Source of the DNA: Deltaproteobacteria bacterium | GTDB taxonomy: Bacteria; Myxococcota; Kuafuiibacteriia; Kuafuiibacteriales; Kuafuiibacteriaceae | NCBI GenBank assembly: GCA_040218735.1 | Contig: JAVJQW010000070.1 | Span: 416,001-480,000 of the forward strand | Length of the DNA: 64,000 nucleotides | Direction of reading: 5' to 3' | Shown: piece after piece, positions 21,197 to 30,539 of the stretch | Position numbering within the stretch: the first letter of the stretch is position 1 | How the letters are laid out: each line of letters opens with the position of its first letter | Program-made: the position numbers and the translations under genes | Notes under the pieces: model-generated | Seen by the model: the letters and a program-made list of their open reading frames with translations, nothing else | The model's database searches: none | Told to the model about the DNA's origin: nothing

Positions 21197-23539
21197 TCAG
21201 TAGAAGAACCAGCGCAGCCCGCCCACGAAGGTCAGGTCGCCGATCGTCTCGCGGAACGCGAGCTCCTTCAGCGCGAGCTTGCCGTAGTTGCCTTCCGCGA
21301 ACGCCTCGAAGTTCCCCGCGCCGAAGCCGATGCCGAGGATGCCGTTCACGCCGAACTGCACCTGGTCGAGGCCGAGGGACTCCGCGGTCACGCCCGAGAC
21401 GCTCACGAGCCGCGCGCCCACCGCGATGCCGCCGTAGGGCCGCACCGGCCCCAGCACGAACGCCACCGTCACGCGCCCGTAGAGCGGGATGACCGTCAGG
21501 TCCGCGACCTCGGCGTCGCCGTTGAAGAGCTGCGTCGGCATGAACGCCGCCTGGGCGCCCATCGTCACGCGCAGCCGATCCATCGAGAGCGCCGCGAAGC
21601 CCGCCTCGAGCGAGAACCACGGCGACACCGACGGGTTCTTGCGCAGCTGCACACCGCCCATCGCGCCGACGTACGGCCCGAAGCGAAGCGTCGGGACCTC
21701 GTCGGCCGGGCGCGTCCACACTGGCAACTTCACGATCGCGGAAGCCCGCGCCGTCGGGAAGACAAACGCCAGCGACTCGTCCACCACGTTGGCGTCCACG
21801 GGGTGCACGCGCGTGATGCGGTAACGGCCGACCCCGACGAGTGACATCGGCAGCTCGTCCGCGAACGGCGGGTCCGTGTACGTCGCGACCTTCACCTTGT
21901 CGCCTTCGTTCGAGATCTCGGGCGCCCCCTCGAGCATTCCCTCGCCGCGCACGAACACCACCGGGCGCGGCTCCTCGAGCGGCGTCCCGTCCAGCGTCGT
22001 CACGGTCACCTCGACCGAGGTCTCCACGAAGTCCTCGCGTTTCGTCGGCCCGTCGATGCGATCGATCTGAATCGCGACCGCCGACAGCCGGAACTTCCAG
22101 GACCGCGTCAGGACCCGCTTGCCGTCCGCCCCCACGATCTCCAGGCCGAGCACATCACCACCGGACACGGGCACCGAGCTGCCCTCGACGCGCTCACCGT
22201 TCTTCGTCCAGCGCACGTCCACGCCGCCGACCAACGGCAGCGACACCGACGTCGGCCGCGACATCGGCAACGACGCGCCGTCCACGGGCAGCGCCGCGCC
22301 GCTCGCGTCGGTCGGCGCCTTCATCACGATCACGTGCTGCTGCCCGCTCGGCTGACCGAGGATCTCGCGCTCGTCGAACGTGCTCACGCGCGCGCGGTAG
22401 GCCCCCTCGCCGATGCCCTCCAGCGTCAGCGCGTTCGCCTCGGTGTACTCCATACGCGAAGGCCGCTCGAACTCCGCGTCGGCGTGTTTCGTCACGTCGA
22501 CCATCGCGCCGTTCGCGCCCGTCGCCGGCTTCCACGCCAGCTTCACGGGCTCGCCGCGCCACACCAGCACCGGCGCGTCGGGATCCCAGGTCGGCCCCGG
22601 CATCAGCGGCGTCGGCTCCTCGGGTGCCTCGCCGTTCTTCACGCGCGTGCCGTAACCCCGGTCCACCTCGACCGTCTGGCCCTGCGCCGCGATCTCCGCC
22701 TTGCCGTCGTACACCGAGTACGTCGAGCGCTTCTTCTCTTCGTTGTGCTCGACGCGCACGCCGCCCTTCGTCTCGACCCACGCGTTCGCCGCCGGCGTCT
22801 CGACGAGCACCGGCGTGCCCTCCTTCTTCTTGAGCCGCGCGAAGATCGCGCCCTCCTCGAGCGTCACGTCCCGCGTCCGCGGCCGCTGGTTCACCTGCGA
22901 CTGCGTCCGCCCGTAGATCACCACGAGCGCCTCCGGCCCGAGGTAGATGCGGTGCCCGGAGGTGAAGGTGACCTCACCCGCCGACTGGCCGACCGTGCGC
23001 ACGCGGAACAGGCGATCGAGCGCCTGCCGCAGCTCCGCCGCGTCCCACTCCGTCTTCGGCTTCTTCGATTCGACCGTCTGGAAGATCCAGCTCACCCACG
23101 CCAGCGGGTTCCGCACGCCGACCCACAGCTCGACGCGCCGGTTCATCTGATCGGCCTGGTCCGTCTTGTCGAGCGAGAGCGGCTCCGCAAAGCCGGCGCC
23201 GATCGTCGTCATGCGCGCCGCCGGGACGCCGCGCTTCACGAGCGCGCCCTTCACGACCTCCGCACGTTTGCGCGACAGCTTCCGATTCAACGCCGCGCTG
23301 CCGTGCCGGTCCGTGTGACCGACGATCAACAAACGCTCCGTCCCCCGACGCTCGAGCGTCTTCACGACGCGGTCCATGATGCGCTCGGACTCGGGCGTCA
23401 TCGCGCTGCTCCCGGACACAAATCGGACGACGCCGTCCGCGAGGCGCGATAGGTCCTCGTCGTCCTGGGCGAAAGCCGGTGAACTCCACGCCAGCGCGAG
23501 TGCCGTCACCCACGCCGCTCGTCGACTGTAGCTACCCAT
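21197..23539 (-). CDS. OmpA-like peptidoglycan-binding + FecR-like + C-terminal beta-barrel protein
   Basis: Signal peptide MGSYSRRAAW...AFAQ, IVGHTD..G....N..LS.KRA and NRRVE (OmpA-C), VRT...SAGEVTF...LEEG...VETPAA...SVYDG (FecR), amphipathic strands ending in GLRWFFY. Confidence 0.78.
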   Translation of the reverse strand: MGSYSRRAAWVTALALAWSSPAFAQDDEDLSRLADGVVRFVSGSSAMTPESERIMDRVVKTLERRGTERLLIVGHTDRHGSAALNRKLSRKRAEVVKGALVKRGVPAARMTTIGAGFAEPLSLDKTDQADQMNRRVELWVGVRNPLAWVSWIFQTVESKKPKTEWDAAELRQALDRLFRVRTVGQSAGEVTFTSGHRIYLGPEALVVIYGRTQSQVNQRPRTRDVTLEEGAIFARLKKKEGTPVLVETPAANAWVETKGGVRVEHNEEKKRSTYSVYDGKAEIAAQGQTVEVDRGYGTRVKNGEAPEEPTPLMPGPTWDPDAPVLVWRGEPVKLAWKPATGANGAMVDVTKHADAEFERPSRMEYTEANALTLEGIGEGAYRARVSTFDEREILGQPSGQQHVIVMKAPTDASGAALPVDGASLPMSRPTSVSLPLVGGVDVRWTKNGERVEGSSVPVSGGDVLGLEIVGADGKRVLTRSWKFRLSAVAIQIDRIDGPTKREDFVETSVEVTVTTLDGTPLEEPRPVVFVRGEGMLEGAPEISNEGDKVKVATYTDPPFADELPMSLVGVGRYRITRVHPVDANVVDESLAFVFPTARASAIVKLPVWTRPADEVPTLRFGPYVGAMGGVQLRKNPSVSPWFSLEAGFAALSMDRLRVTMGAQAAFMPTQLFNGDAEVADLTVIPLYGRVTVAFVLGPVRPYGGIAVGARLVSVSGVTAESLGLDQVQFGVNGILGIGFGAGNFEAFAEGNYGKLALKELAFRETIGDLTFVGGLRWFFY

Positions 23540-25257
23540 CAGCTCGCCCCCTCCATCCCACTGACGTCGCGTGCATTCAACACAAAGACTCGCTGGGCCG
23601 CCGTCGTCTGGCTCGCCCGCTCCGAAATCGGGACATCCGCCGCCAGCAGCCCGCGCGTCGCCGGGTCCATGACCACCGTCCCGGGCGCCGCCTCGCGCTC
23701 CAGCGCAGCCGCCCGCTCGACCAGGTCGCCCGCGACCGAAATCTCCTGCTGAGACTCCGGCGCCGCCGACAGGATGCCCTCCCCCGAGACCAACCCCACT
23801 GACGCCGCCAGGACCGCTTGGTACCGCGCGGCGATGGCCTCGGCGTCGCGCGCGACGGCCAGCGCGGCGTCCAGCGCCGCCCGCGCCCGCCCCGGCTCGT
23901 CCGGGCCGAGGAACACGCCGATCACCGCGTCGCCCGAGTACCGGTCGATCCGCCCGCCGTACCGTTCGATCGAGGCGCACGCGGCCGCGAAGAAGTCCGA
24001 CAGCATCGTCAGCAAGTGCGCCTGCGCGACGAGGTCGACGAGCGGTTCAGCCCCCTTCAGGTCCGCATACACGACGCTCACCACGGCGCGCTCGCCCCGC
24101 TCGGAGGTCAGCTCCGCCGCGAACACCTCGTGCAGCGCGCTCGGCGGCAGGTAGCGGCTCAGGCGGAGCCGCAGGTTCGTCGTCGCCCGCTCCTCGTCCC
24201 GGTGACGCGCGAGCTCGCCGAGCACCTCGTTGAAGGCGTCCGCGAGCTGACCGACCTCTCGGTATCCCGTCGCTCGGATCGGATCGAAGAACCCGCGCTG
24301 CGCCGACGCCCGCACCGCGAGCGCGAGCCGGCGGACGGGCTCGCTGAGGAACCGCGCCAACAACAGCCCGACCAACCCCGCCGCGAGCGCCGCGACGATC
24401 GCGAGCGCGAGGACCCGTTTCTTCACCGCGCCGATCGACGCCAACGCGATCGCCTCCGGACGCGACGTCCCCACGACCCACCCGACCGTCGGCGCCGACA
24501 GCACCGTCCCGAGCCGGACCGCCCCGTCGGCGTCGGCGTACCGCATGGACCGCCCCAGCTCGACGGTCGTCAGCCCGTCCGGCGCCCCGAACCCTTCGAT
24601 GCGCGCGAACGGCGAGTGCGCGTCGAGGATCCGGTGGACCCGCTCCGCGTTCGACGCCGCGAGGCACCGACGCTCGCCGTCGACGAGCACGACTTCACCC
24701 TCCTCGAGGTGACGCGCGACGAGCGCCTCCGCGATGGCGTCGAGCGTCGTCAGATCGAACTGGGTCACGAGGTACCCCATCGTGTCGCCGTCGCGTGCCC
24801 AACGCACCGCGAGGCGCACCGTGCGGCCCTCCTGGATGGGCCCCACCGCGAGCCCCTTCGCCGCGCGCTGCCGGGTCGCGAGCGCAAGATCGCTCCGGTC
24901 GACCTCCGCCGCGTCCGTCGACAGCACGGTGTCCACCTTGCCCTCCGGCCCGTGCACGGCGAGGTACGGGAGCTTCCGGCTCGCGACGAGCGCGCGCAGC
25001 ATCGTGGTGCGCGCCGCGAACGGGACCTCGTCGCTGTCGAGGATGCGCTCGGCCTGGTCGAGCACGAACTGCCGTTCGTCGAACGCTCGCACCAGCTCGG
25101 TGCGCATCTGCTCCGCGACGGCGAGGTGAAGCTGCTCGGCGTCCAGCGTGAGCGCCTCGCGGTTCACCGCCATGACGACGAACCCCAGGACCAGCGCGGG
25201 CAGCACAGCGACCACGAGGTGCGATCCGATCGTGCGGTACAGGAGCCTCGTCTTCAT
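23539..25257 (-). CDS. Membrane class III nucleotidyl cyclase-like protein (2TM, Cache-like sensor, HAMP)
   Basis: Start MKTRLLY at 25257, two TM helices, HAMP (PVRRL...EVGQLADAFN), cyclase motifs VYADLKG, IDRYSGDAV, VGLVSG, AGDLV. Confidence 0.8.
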   Translation of the reverse strand: MKTRLLYRTIGSHLVVAVLPALVLGFVVMAVNREALTLDAEQLHLAVAEQMRTELVRAFDERQFVLDQAERILDSDEVPFAARTTMLRALVASRKLPYLAVHGPEGKVDTVLSTDAAEVDRSDLALATRQRAAKGLAVGPIQEGRTVRLAVRWARDGDTMGYLVTQFDLTTLDAIAEALVARHLEEGEVVLVDGERRCLAASNAERVHRILDAHSPFARIEGFGAPDGLTTVELGRSMRYADADGAVRLGTVLSAPTVGWVVGTSRPEAIALASIGAVKKRVLALAIVAALAAGLVGLLLARFLSEPVRRLALAVRASAQRGFFDPIRATGYREVGQLADAFNEVLGELARHRDEERATTNLRLRLSRYLPPSALHEVFAAELTSERGERAVVSVVYADLKGAEPLVDLVAQAHLLTMLSDFFAAACASIERYGGRIDRYSGDAVIGVFLGPDEPGRARAALDAALAVARDAEAIAARYQAVLAASVGLVSGEGILSAAPESQQEISVAGDLVERAAALEREAAPGTVVMDPATRGLLAADVPISERASQTTAAQRVFVLNARDVSGMEGAS

Positions 25258-26336
25258 GTGGCGCTGAAGGCGTACCAGGCGGCGAGCCCGAGCCCCGCGG
25301 CGAACGCTACCACGAGCGCGAGCCACACGACGGGACCCAGGTCGCGGTCCGTACGTGTGCTGCCGAGGTCCGTCGAACGTCCGACGTCGTCCGTCAGACC
25401 CGCCGCCTTGTCGAGCGCGAGGCGGGCGGCGCGCGCGCGCGCCCAGTCGATCCGCCGGGCGGCGATCTGCGCGGTGTCGACGACCTGCTCGCCCCCGGTG
25501 GGCGCGTCGGCAAAGCGGCCGAGGAGGAACGCCTCCACCGCCGCTCCGAGCTCCAACGCCGACTGGAACCGGTGCGACGGCTCCGACGCGAGCGCCTTGT
25601 CGACGATCTGCCTGAGCGCCTTCTCTCGGCGCTCGTCGAGCCCGAAGTCCCAGTGGTCGAACGTCAACGGCTCGTGTGGGCGCGTCGCGATCGAGAACAT
25701 CACGTGCGCCGCGGTGTCGCCGCTCCACGGGAAGCGGTTCGACAGCATCCGGTACAACACGACGCCCAACGCAAACACGTCGGAGCGCGCGTCGACGGTG
25801 CCGGAGGAGAGCTGCTCGGGTGACATGTAGTGCGGCGTCCCCATCAACATGCCGGTCTGCGTGAGGCGGTGGTCGCGCAACAGCGCGATGCCGAAGTCGA
25901 GGAGCCGTACGCCACCGTCCTTCGTGATGAAGACGTTCGACGGCTTCACGTCGCGGTGCACGAGGTTGTGCCCGTGGACGTGGTGCAGCGCCGCCGCGAC
26001 GCGCACGACGACCGAGAGCCGCGCCTCGAGATCGAACGACGCGTCGTGCATGACCTGCTCGAGCTCGAAGCCCCGCAGCAGGTCCATCGTCATCCACGCG
26101 CGCCCGGCTTCGACGCCGTGGTCGCGGACGTGGACGATGTCGGGGTGGTCGAGCTTCTCGCCGACGTCGGCCTCGCGCAGGAACCGTTCGAACAGAGAGG
26201 GGTCGGCGGTGCGTTCCAGCACCTTCAGCGCGAAGCGTTCGCCGTTGTCGTCCTCGGCGAGGTACACGACGCCCATGCCGCCGCGGCCGAGCTCCGAGAG
26301 GACGCGGTAGCGCCCGTATCGCGCGCCCTCGCTCAA
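25254..26336 (-). CDS. Hanks-type Ser/Thr protein kinase with C-terminal TM
   Basis: LGRGGMGVVY, ALK, HRDVKPSN, DFGIA, GTPHYMSPEQ. Confidence 0.9.
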   Translation of the reverse strand: MSEGARYGRYRVLSELGRGGMGVVYLAEDDNGERFALKVLERTADPSLFERFLREADVGEKLDHPDIVHVRDHGVEAGRAWMTMDLLRGFELEQVMHDASFDLEARLSVVVRVAAALHHVHGHNLVHRDVKPSNVFITKDGGVRLLDFGIALLRDHRLTQTGMLMGTPHYMSPEQLSSGTVDARSDVFALGVVLYRMLSNRFPWSGDTAAHVMFSIATRPHEPLTFDHWDFGLDERREKALRQIVDKALASEPSHRFQSALELGAAVEAFLLGRFADAPTGGEQVVDTAQIAARRIDWARARAARLALDKAAGLTDDVGRSTDLGSTRTDRDLGPVVWLALVVAFAAGLGLAAWYAFSAT

Positions 26337-26340
26337 CGCG

Positions 26341-27714
26341 CTACTCGAGCGTGGCGCGCACCTTCGCGAGCTCACCTTCGACGTAGCCGCGAATCTCGGC
26401 GAGGCGCGCCTCGGTGTCGGCCTCGAAGCGCAGCACGAGGATCGGCTGCGTGTTCGAGGAGCGGATGAGCCCCCAGCCGTCGTCGAACAGGACCCGCACG
26501 CCGTCGATGTCGATCACGTCGTGCGACTTCTTGAAGTGCTCCGTCACCGCGGACACCAGCCGGAACTTCAGCGACTCCGGGCAGTCCACGCGCAGCTCGG
26601 GCGTGGTGTACGTCTTCGGGACGTCCGCCAACAGCTCGCTCAGCGGCGCCGTGGTGCGCGAGAGGATCTCGAGCAGACGCAGCCCCGAGTAGATGCCGTC
26701 GTCGAACCCGAAGAAGCGGTGCTTGAAGAAGATGTGCCCGCTCATCTCGCCCGCGAGCTCGGCGCCGGTCTCCTTCATCTTGTCCTTGATGAGGCTGTGC
26801 CCGGTTCGCCACATGATCCCGTTGCCGCCGTGTTTTTCGATGTCGTCGTACAGCGTCTTGCTGCACTTGACCTCGCCGACGATCGTCGCGCCCGGCACCT
26901 CCGCGAGCACCGCGCGCGAGAACAGGATCATCATCTGGTCGCCCCACAGGACGGTGCCCTGCTCGTCGACCGCTCCCAGGCGATCGGCGTCGCCGTCGAA
27001 CGCGATGCCGACGTCCGCCTTCCCGTCGAGCACGGCCTTCTTGAGGTCTTCGAGGTTCTTCTCGACGGTCGGATCCGGGTGGTGGTTCGGGAACGTCGAG
27101 TCCATGTCGCAGTACAGCGGCACGACCTCGACCCCGAGCTTCTCGAGGATCGGCACCACGAACGGCCCCGCCGTCCCGTTGCCCGCGTCCGCGACGACCT
27201 TCAGCTTCCGGTCACCGAGCTGAATGTTGTTCACGCACCAGTCGATGTAGTCCGGCGCGACGTCCTGCTCGCTCGACGTCCCGGTGCGCCCGGCGTCGCC
27301 GTAGTCGTTCGACTCGATGATCTTCCGGAACGCCTGCACGTCCGGGCCGTGCACGCTGCGCGTCCCGATCGAGATCTTCAGCCCGTTGTACTCGGGCGGG
27401 TTGTGCGAGCCGGTGATCATGATCCCGCCGTCCGCCTTCAGGTGGAACAGCGAGAAATAGAGGATCGGCGATGTGCACGTCCCGATGTCGACGACGTCCA
27501 CGCCGCCGGCGTTCAGCCCCGCGATCAGCCGCTTCGCGAGGCGCGGCGAGTGCTCGCGGCAGTCGCGCCCGACGGTGATCTTGCGAACGCCTTGCTCGCG
27601 CGTGAACGCGGCGTAGGCGCGGCCGATCTTCTCGACGGCGTCCTCGGTGAGCTGCTCGTCGACGAGCCCGCGAATGTCGTACTCGCGAAAGATGGTCGGA
27701 TCGACTCCGGTCAT
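26341..27714 (-). CDS. Phosphomannomutase/phosphoglucomutase (AlgC-like)
   Basis: IFREYDIRG, ITGSHNP, FDGDADR, GEMSGH, RSSNTQP. Confidence 0.93.
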   Translation of the reverse strand: MTGVDPTIFREYDIRGLVDEQLTEDAVEKIGRAYAAFTREQGVRKITVGRDCREHSPRLAKRLIAGLNAGGVDVVDIGTCTSPILYFSLFHLKADGGIMITGSHNPPEYNGLKISIGTRSVHGPDVQAFRKIIESNDYGDAGRTGTSSEQDVAPDYIDWCVNNIQLGDRKLKVVADAGNGTAGPFVVPILEKLGVEVVPLYCDMDSTFPNHHPDPTVEKNLEDLKKAVLDGKADVGIAFDGDADRLGAVDEQGTVLWGDQMMILFSRAVLAEVPGATIVGEVKCSKTLYDDIEKHGGNGIMWRTGHSLIKDKMKETGAELAGEMSGHIFFKHRFFGFDDGIYSGLRLLEILSRTTAPLSELLADVPKTYTTPELRVDCPESLKFRLVSAVTEHFKKSHDVIDIDGVRVLFDDGWGLIRSSNTQPILVLRFEADTEARLAEIRGYVEGELAKVRATLE

Positions 27715-28763
27715 AGCAGGTCCTTCTCCTCGTTCTTCTCGAGCCGCGCGACGACGGTCTTCACGTCCTGCGACTGTCCACGCTTCATCACCAGGATCGC
27801 GTCGGGGGTGTCGACCACGACGACGTCCTCGAGCCCCACCACCGCGACCTTCCGTCCGGCGCGGGCATCGACGTAGCTGTTCTTCGCGCCCTCGAGCAGC
27901 GTGTCGCCGAGCGCGACGTTGCCGTCCGCGTCCGCCTCGTACACGTCCATCGCGGCGTCCCAGGAGCCGACGTCCGACCACCCGAACTCCGCCGGCATCA
28001 CCGACGTGCGCGACGACGGCTCCATCACCGCGGTGTCGATCGGCGCCTTGGGGAGCGTCGGGTAGATCGTGTCGATCGCACCCGGGTCGGCGTCGAGGGC
28101 GTCGAGCCCCTTCGCGAGCTCGGGCACGTGCGCCGAGATCTCCTCGTTCATCACGCGCGCCGGGAACACGAACATGCCGGCGTTCCACAGGAAGTCGCCG
28201 GACGCGAGGTACTGCTCGGCCGTCGCGGCGTCGGGCTTTTCGACGAACCGTTGGACCGCGTGCACCGGCTCGCCCCGCACCTCGCCGGTCTTCGCGCCCC
28301 GCTGGATGTAGCCGTAGCCGGTCTCGGGGCGGTCCGGGATGATGCCGAAGAGGACGATGCGCTCCTCGGCGGCTTCAAACGCCGCGTTCAGGTACGCGGC
28401 GAAGCGCGCCGTCTTCCGAATGTAGTGATCCGCGGGCAGGACCGCGATGCGAGCGTCCGGATCCTTCGCGAGGATGTGGCGTGTCGCCCAACCGATGCAC
28501 GGCGCGGTGTTCCGGCCCGTCGGCTCCACGAGCACGTTGGCCTTGGGCACGCCGGCGAGATCGTCGAGCGCGTGCTCCGCGTGCGCCGCGCCCGTCACCA
28601 CGTACAGGTTCTCGAGCGGCACGACGCCTTCGAGACGCGCCGCCGTCTCCGCGAGCAGCGACTTGTCGGAGCCGATCGAGAGGAACTGCTTCGGCCGCGC
28701 CCTCCGGCTCGCCGGCCAGAACCGGGTCCCCGACCCGCCCGCCATGATCACGACGTACCGCAC
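27711..28763 (-). CDS. manC: Mannose-1-phosphate guanylyltransferase
   Basis: IMAGGSGTRFWPASR..RPKQF, EPTGRNTAP, PADH, FVEKP, WSDVGSW. Confidence 0.92.
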   Translation of the reverse strand: MRYVVIMAGGSGTRFWPASRRARPKQFLSIGSDKSLLAETAARLEGVVPLENLYVVTGAAHAEHALDDLAGVPKANVLVEPTGRNTAPCIGWATRHILAKDPDARIAVLPADHYIRKTARFAAYLNAAFEAAEERIVLFGIIPDRPETGYGYIQRGAKTGEVRGEPVHAVQRFVEKPDAATAEQYLASGDFLWNAGMFVFPARVMNEEISAHVPELAKGLDALDADPGAIDTIYPTLPKAPIDTAVMEPSSRTSVMPAEFGWSDVGSWDAAMDVYEADADGNVALGDTLLEGAKNSYVDARAGRKVAVVGLEDVVVVDTPDAILVMKRGQSQDVKTVVARLEKNEEKDLL

Positions 28764-28871
28764 GCGGGAGCCGTTAACACGCGGCGCTCCCATTTGCACA
28801 CGATGTGCAACCGCGTTGCGCGACTCGGGAAACCCACTGCGCAACGCGCCGGGCGCGCCCAAGGTGCGACG

Positions 28872-28888
28872 TTGGCACGACGAGTGCG
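28872..28888 (+). promoter_or_regulatory. Sigma54 (-24/-12) promoter
   Basis: TTGGCACGACGAGTGCG, with GG at 28874-5 and GC at 28886-7 (N10 spacing), 35 bp upstream of ATG 28923. Confidence 0.7.
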
Positions 28889-28922
28889 AAGGCGACGGAG
28901 CATGGGAGGGACTTCAATACTC

Positions 28923-30515
28923 ATGAACTTCGACTCGAAAACCACCATCCTCGCCTGCCTCGCCCTCACCGCCTGTCAGGTCGCTTCCGAACCGTCCGCG
29001 ACGACCGCGGACGAGCTGTCCAACGTCGTGGCCCAGTGCCGCACACCCCCGCCGGTCGACGCGCGTCGATCGCTGTACGTCACCGATCAGTTCATCCTCG
29101 ACGGCTCCGCCGGGAGGAACTTCACGCTGCGCAAGACACTCGCGCAGCTCGCCAAACAGAGCGGCGACGACAGCCTCAACGCAAACATCCTCTTCCGGCA
29201 GTGGTGGGACACCCAGAACCTCGCGCCGGGCTTCGGCGACGGTCCCCACTGCGAGAGTCCATTCAATGGATACGACCACCAGTGCCCGCGCTCCGAGGGC
29301 AGCCAGGCCGACCCCGCGAATTCGGCGGCGCAGATGGACAGCTACGAGCCCATCGCGCTGGTGAACCGGTTCGACCTCGCGCCGCCCGACGGCAGCAACT
29401 GCGGCGAGTACCGGATCGTCTACGGCAAGACGAGCCTCGGCACGCGCAACCTCCTCATCTTCGAGGCCAAGCTCCCCAACCCGAACCCCGGCTGCGGTCT
29501 GCAAGCCTGCTTGCCAGTGCAGCAGTGGTGGGAGCGCCTGTCGCGCATCGACGACCCGACGGTCCGCGCGCGGCGCCTGCACCGCTTCTTCTACGCCGGC
29601 CTGAAGGGCTTCGCGCCGGTCGTTCACATCGACCACTACGCGGGTGAGAGCGGCGGCGTGTACGGCGGCGGCGCGAGCGGGCAGATCCGCAGCAACCAGT
29701 TCATGCAGGGCCCGTGGAACCTCCGCGAGTTCCGCCTCGAGCGCGGCGGCGTCCCGGGCAACGGCATGGTGGATCCCAACGACCCGACCGGCGCCGCGCC
29801 GATCGCGACCGTCGGCGTGCGCTTCGTGCCCGAGACGGTGAAGGCCAACCCGTTCGGCCGCCTCTTCGACGGCTCGCTCCCGCGGAGCAACGACCCGCTC
29901 GCCGAGCGCGCCGCCGAGTTCCAGGCGCACTTCCTCACGCAAGTCGAGTCGCTCGCCATCAACGACCTCAACCGCTTCACGTACGCGGTGCCGGATCAGT
30001 TCAACCCCGGCGAGAGCCAGATGTTCGGCTCGGGCCCGACCGACTACCTCGCGCAGTTCAACGGCGACGGCGGGAACTCCCCGTTCCGTTCGCGCCTCGA
30101 CGCGGCCGCGGCCGAGCACGGTCTGACGTCCGACGACATCGTGAACCGCGCGATGGCGCTGTCCTGCGGCGGCTGTCACCAGGAGTCGGTCGGCCGCAAC
30201 CTCGGCGGCGGCCTCAACTGGCCCGGCACGCTCGGGTTCGTGCACGGCAGTGAGTTCTCGACCGAGGCGGGCCCCGACGGCCCGCGCTTCGTCATCTCGC
30301 AGGCGCTCACCGACGTCTTCCTGCCGCACCGCCAGACCGTGATGGAGGCGTTCCTCAATCGCGCGTCGTGCGCGACCTGCGCGCAGCCGATCGACGTCGA
30401 CGGCGTCGTCGCCCGGCCCGCCGGCGACGCGAACGGCGCAGACGGTACGGACGGCGCGAACGCCCCCGCGGAGCGCGACGCGAACCTGACGATCGGCGGC
30501 CGCACGGTCCACTGA
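28923..30515 (+). CDS. Hypothetical lipoprotein with a single CxxCH motif (possible c-type heme protein)
   Basis: MNFDSK...LALTAC lipobox, several Cys pairs, SCGGCHQ near the C-terminus. Confidence 0.7.
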   Translation: MNFDSKTTILACLALTACQVASEPSATTADELSNVVAQCRTPPPVDARRSLYVTDQFILDGSAGRNFTLRKTLAQLAKQSGDDSLNANILFRQWWDTQNLAPGFGDGPHCESPFNGYDHQCPRSEGSQADPANSAAQMDSYEPIALVNRFDLAPPDGSNCGEYRIVYGKTSLGTRNLLIFEAKLPNPNPGCGLQACLPVQQWWERLSRIDDPTVRARRLHRFFYAGLKGFAPVVHIDHYAGESGGVYGGGASGQIRSNQFMQGPWNLREFRLERGGVPGNGMVDPNDPTGAAPIATVGVRFVPETVKANPFGRLFDGSLPRSNDPLAERAAEFQAHFLTQVESLAINDLNRFTYAVPDQFNPGESQMFGSGPTDYLAQFNGDGGNSPFRSRLDAAAAEHGLTSDDIVNRAMALSCGGCHQESVGRNLGGGLNWPGTLGFVHGSEFSTEAGPDGPRFVISQALTDVFLPHRQTVMEAFLNRASCATCAQPIDVDGVVARPAGDANGADGTDGANAPAERDANLTIGGRTVH

Positions 30516-30539
30516 GCGACCGAAGCGCGGGGAGGAGCC

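Noticed and set aside
28128-28922. N-terminal extension of the 795-aa ORF
   Set aside because: It is antisense to manC. The lipobox and sigma54 promoter support a start at 28923.
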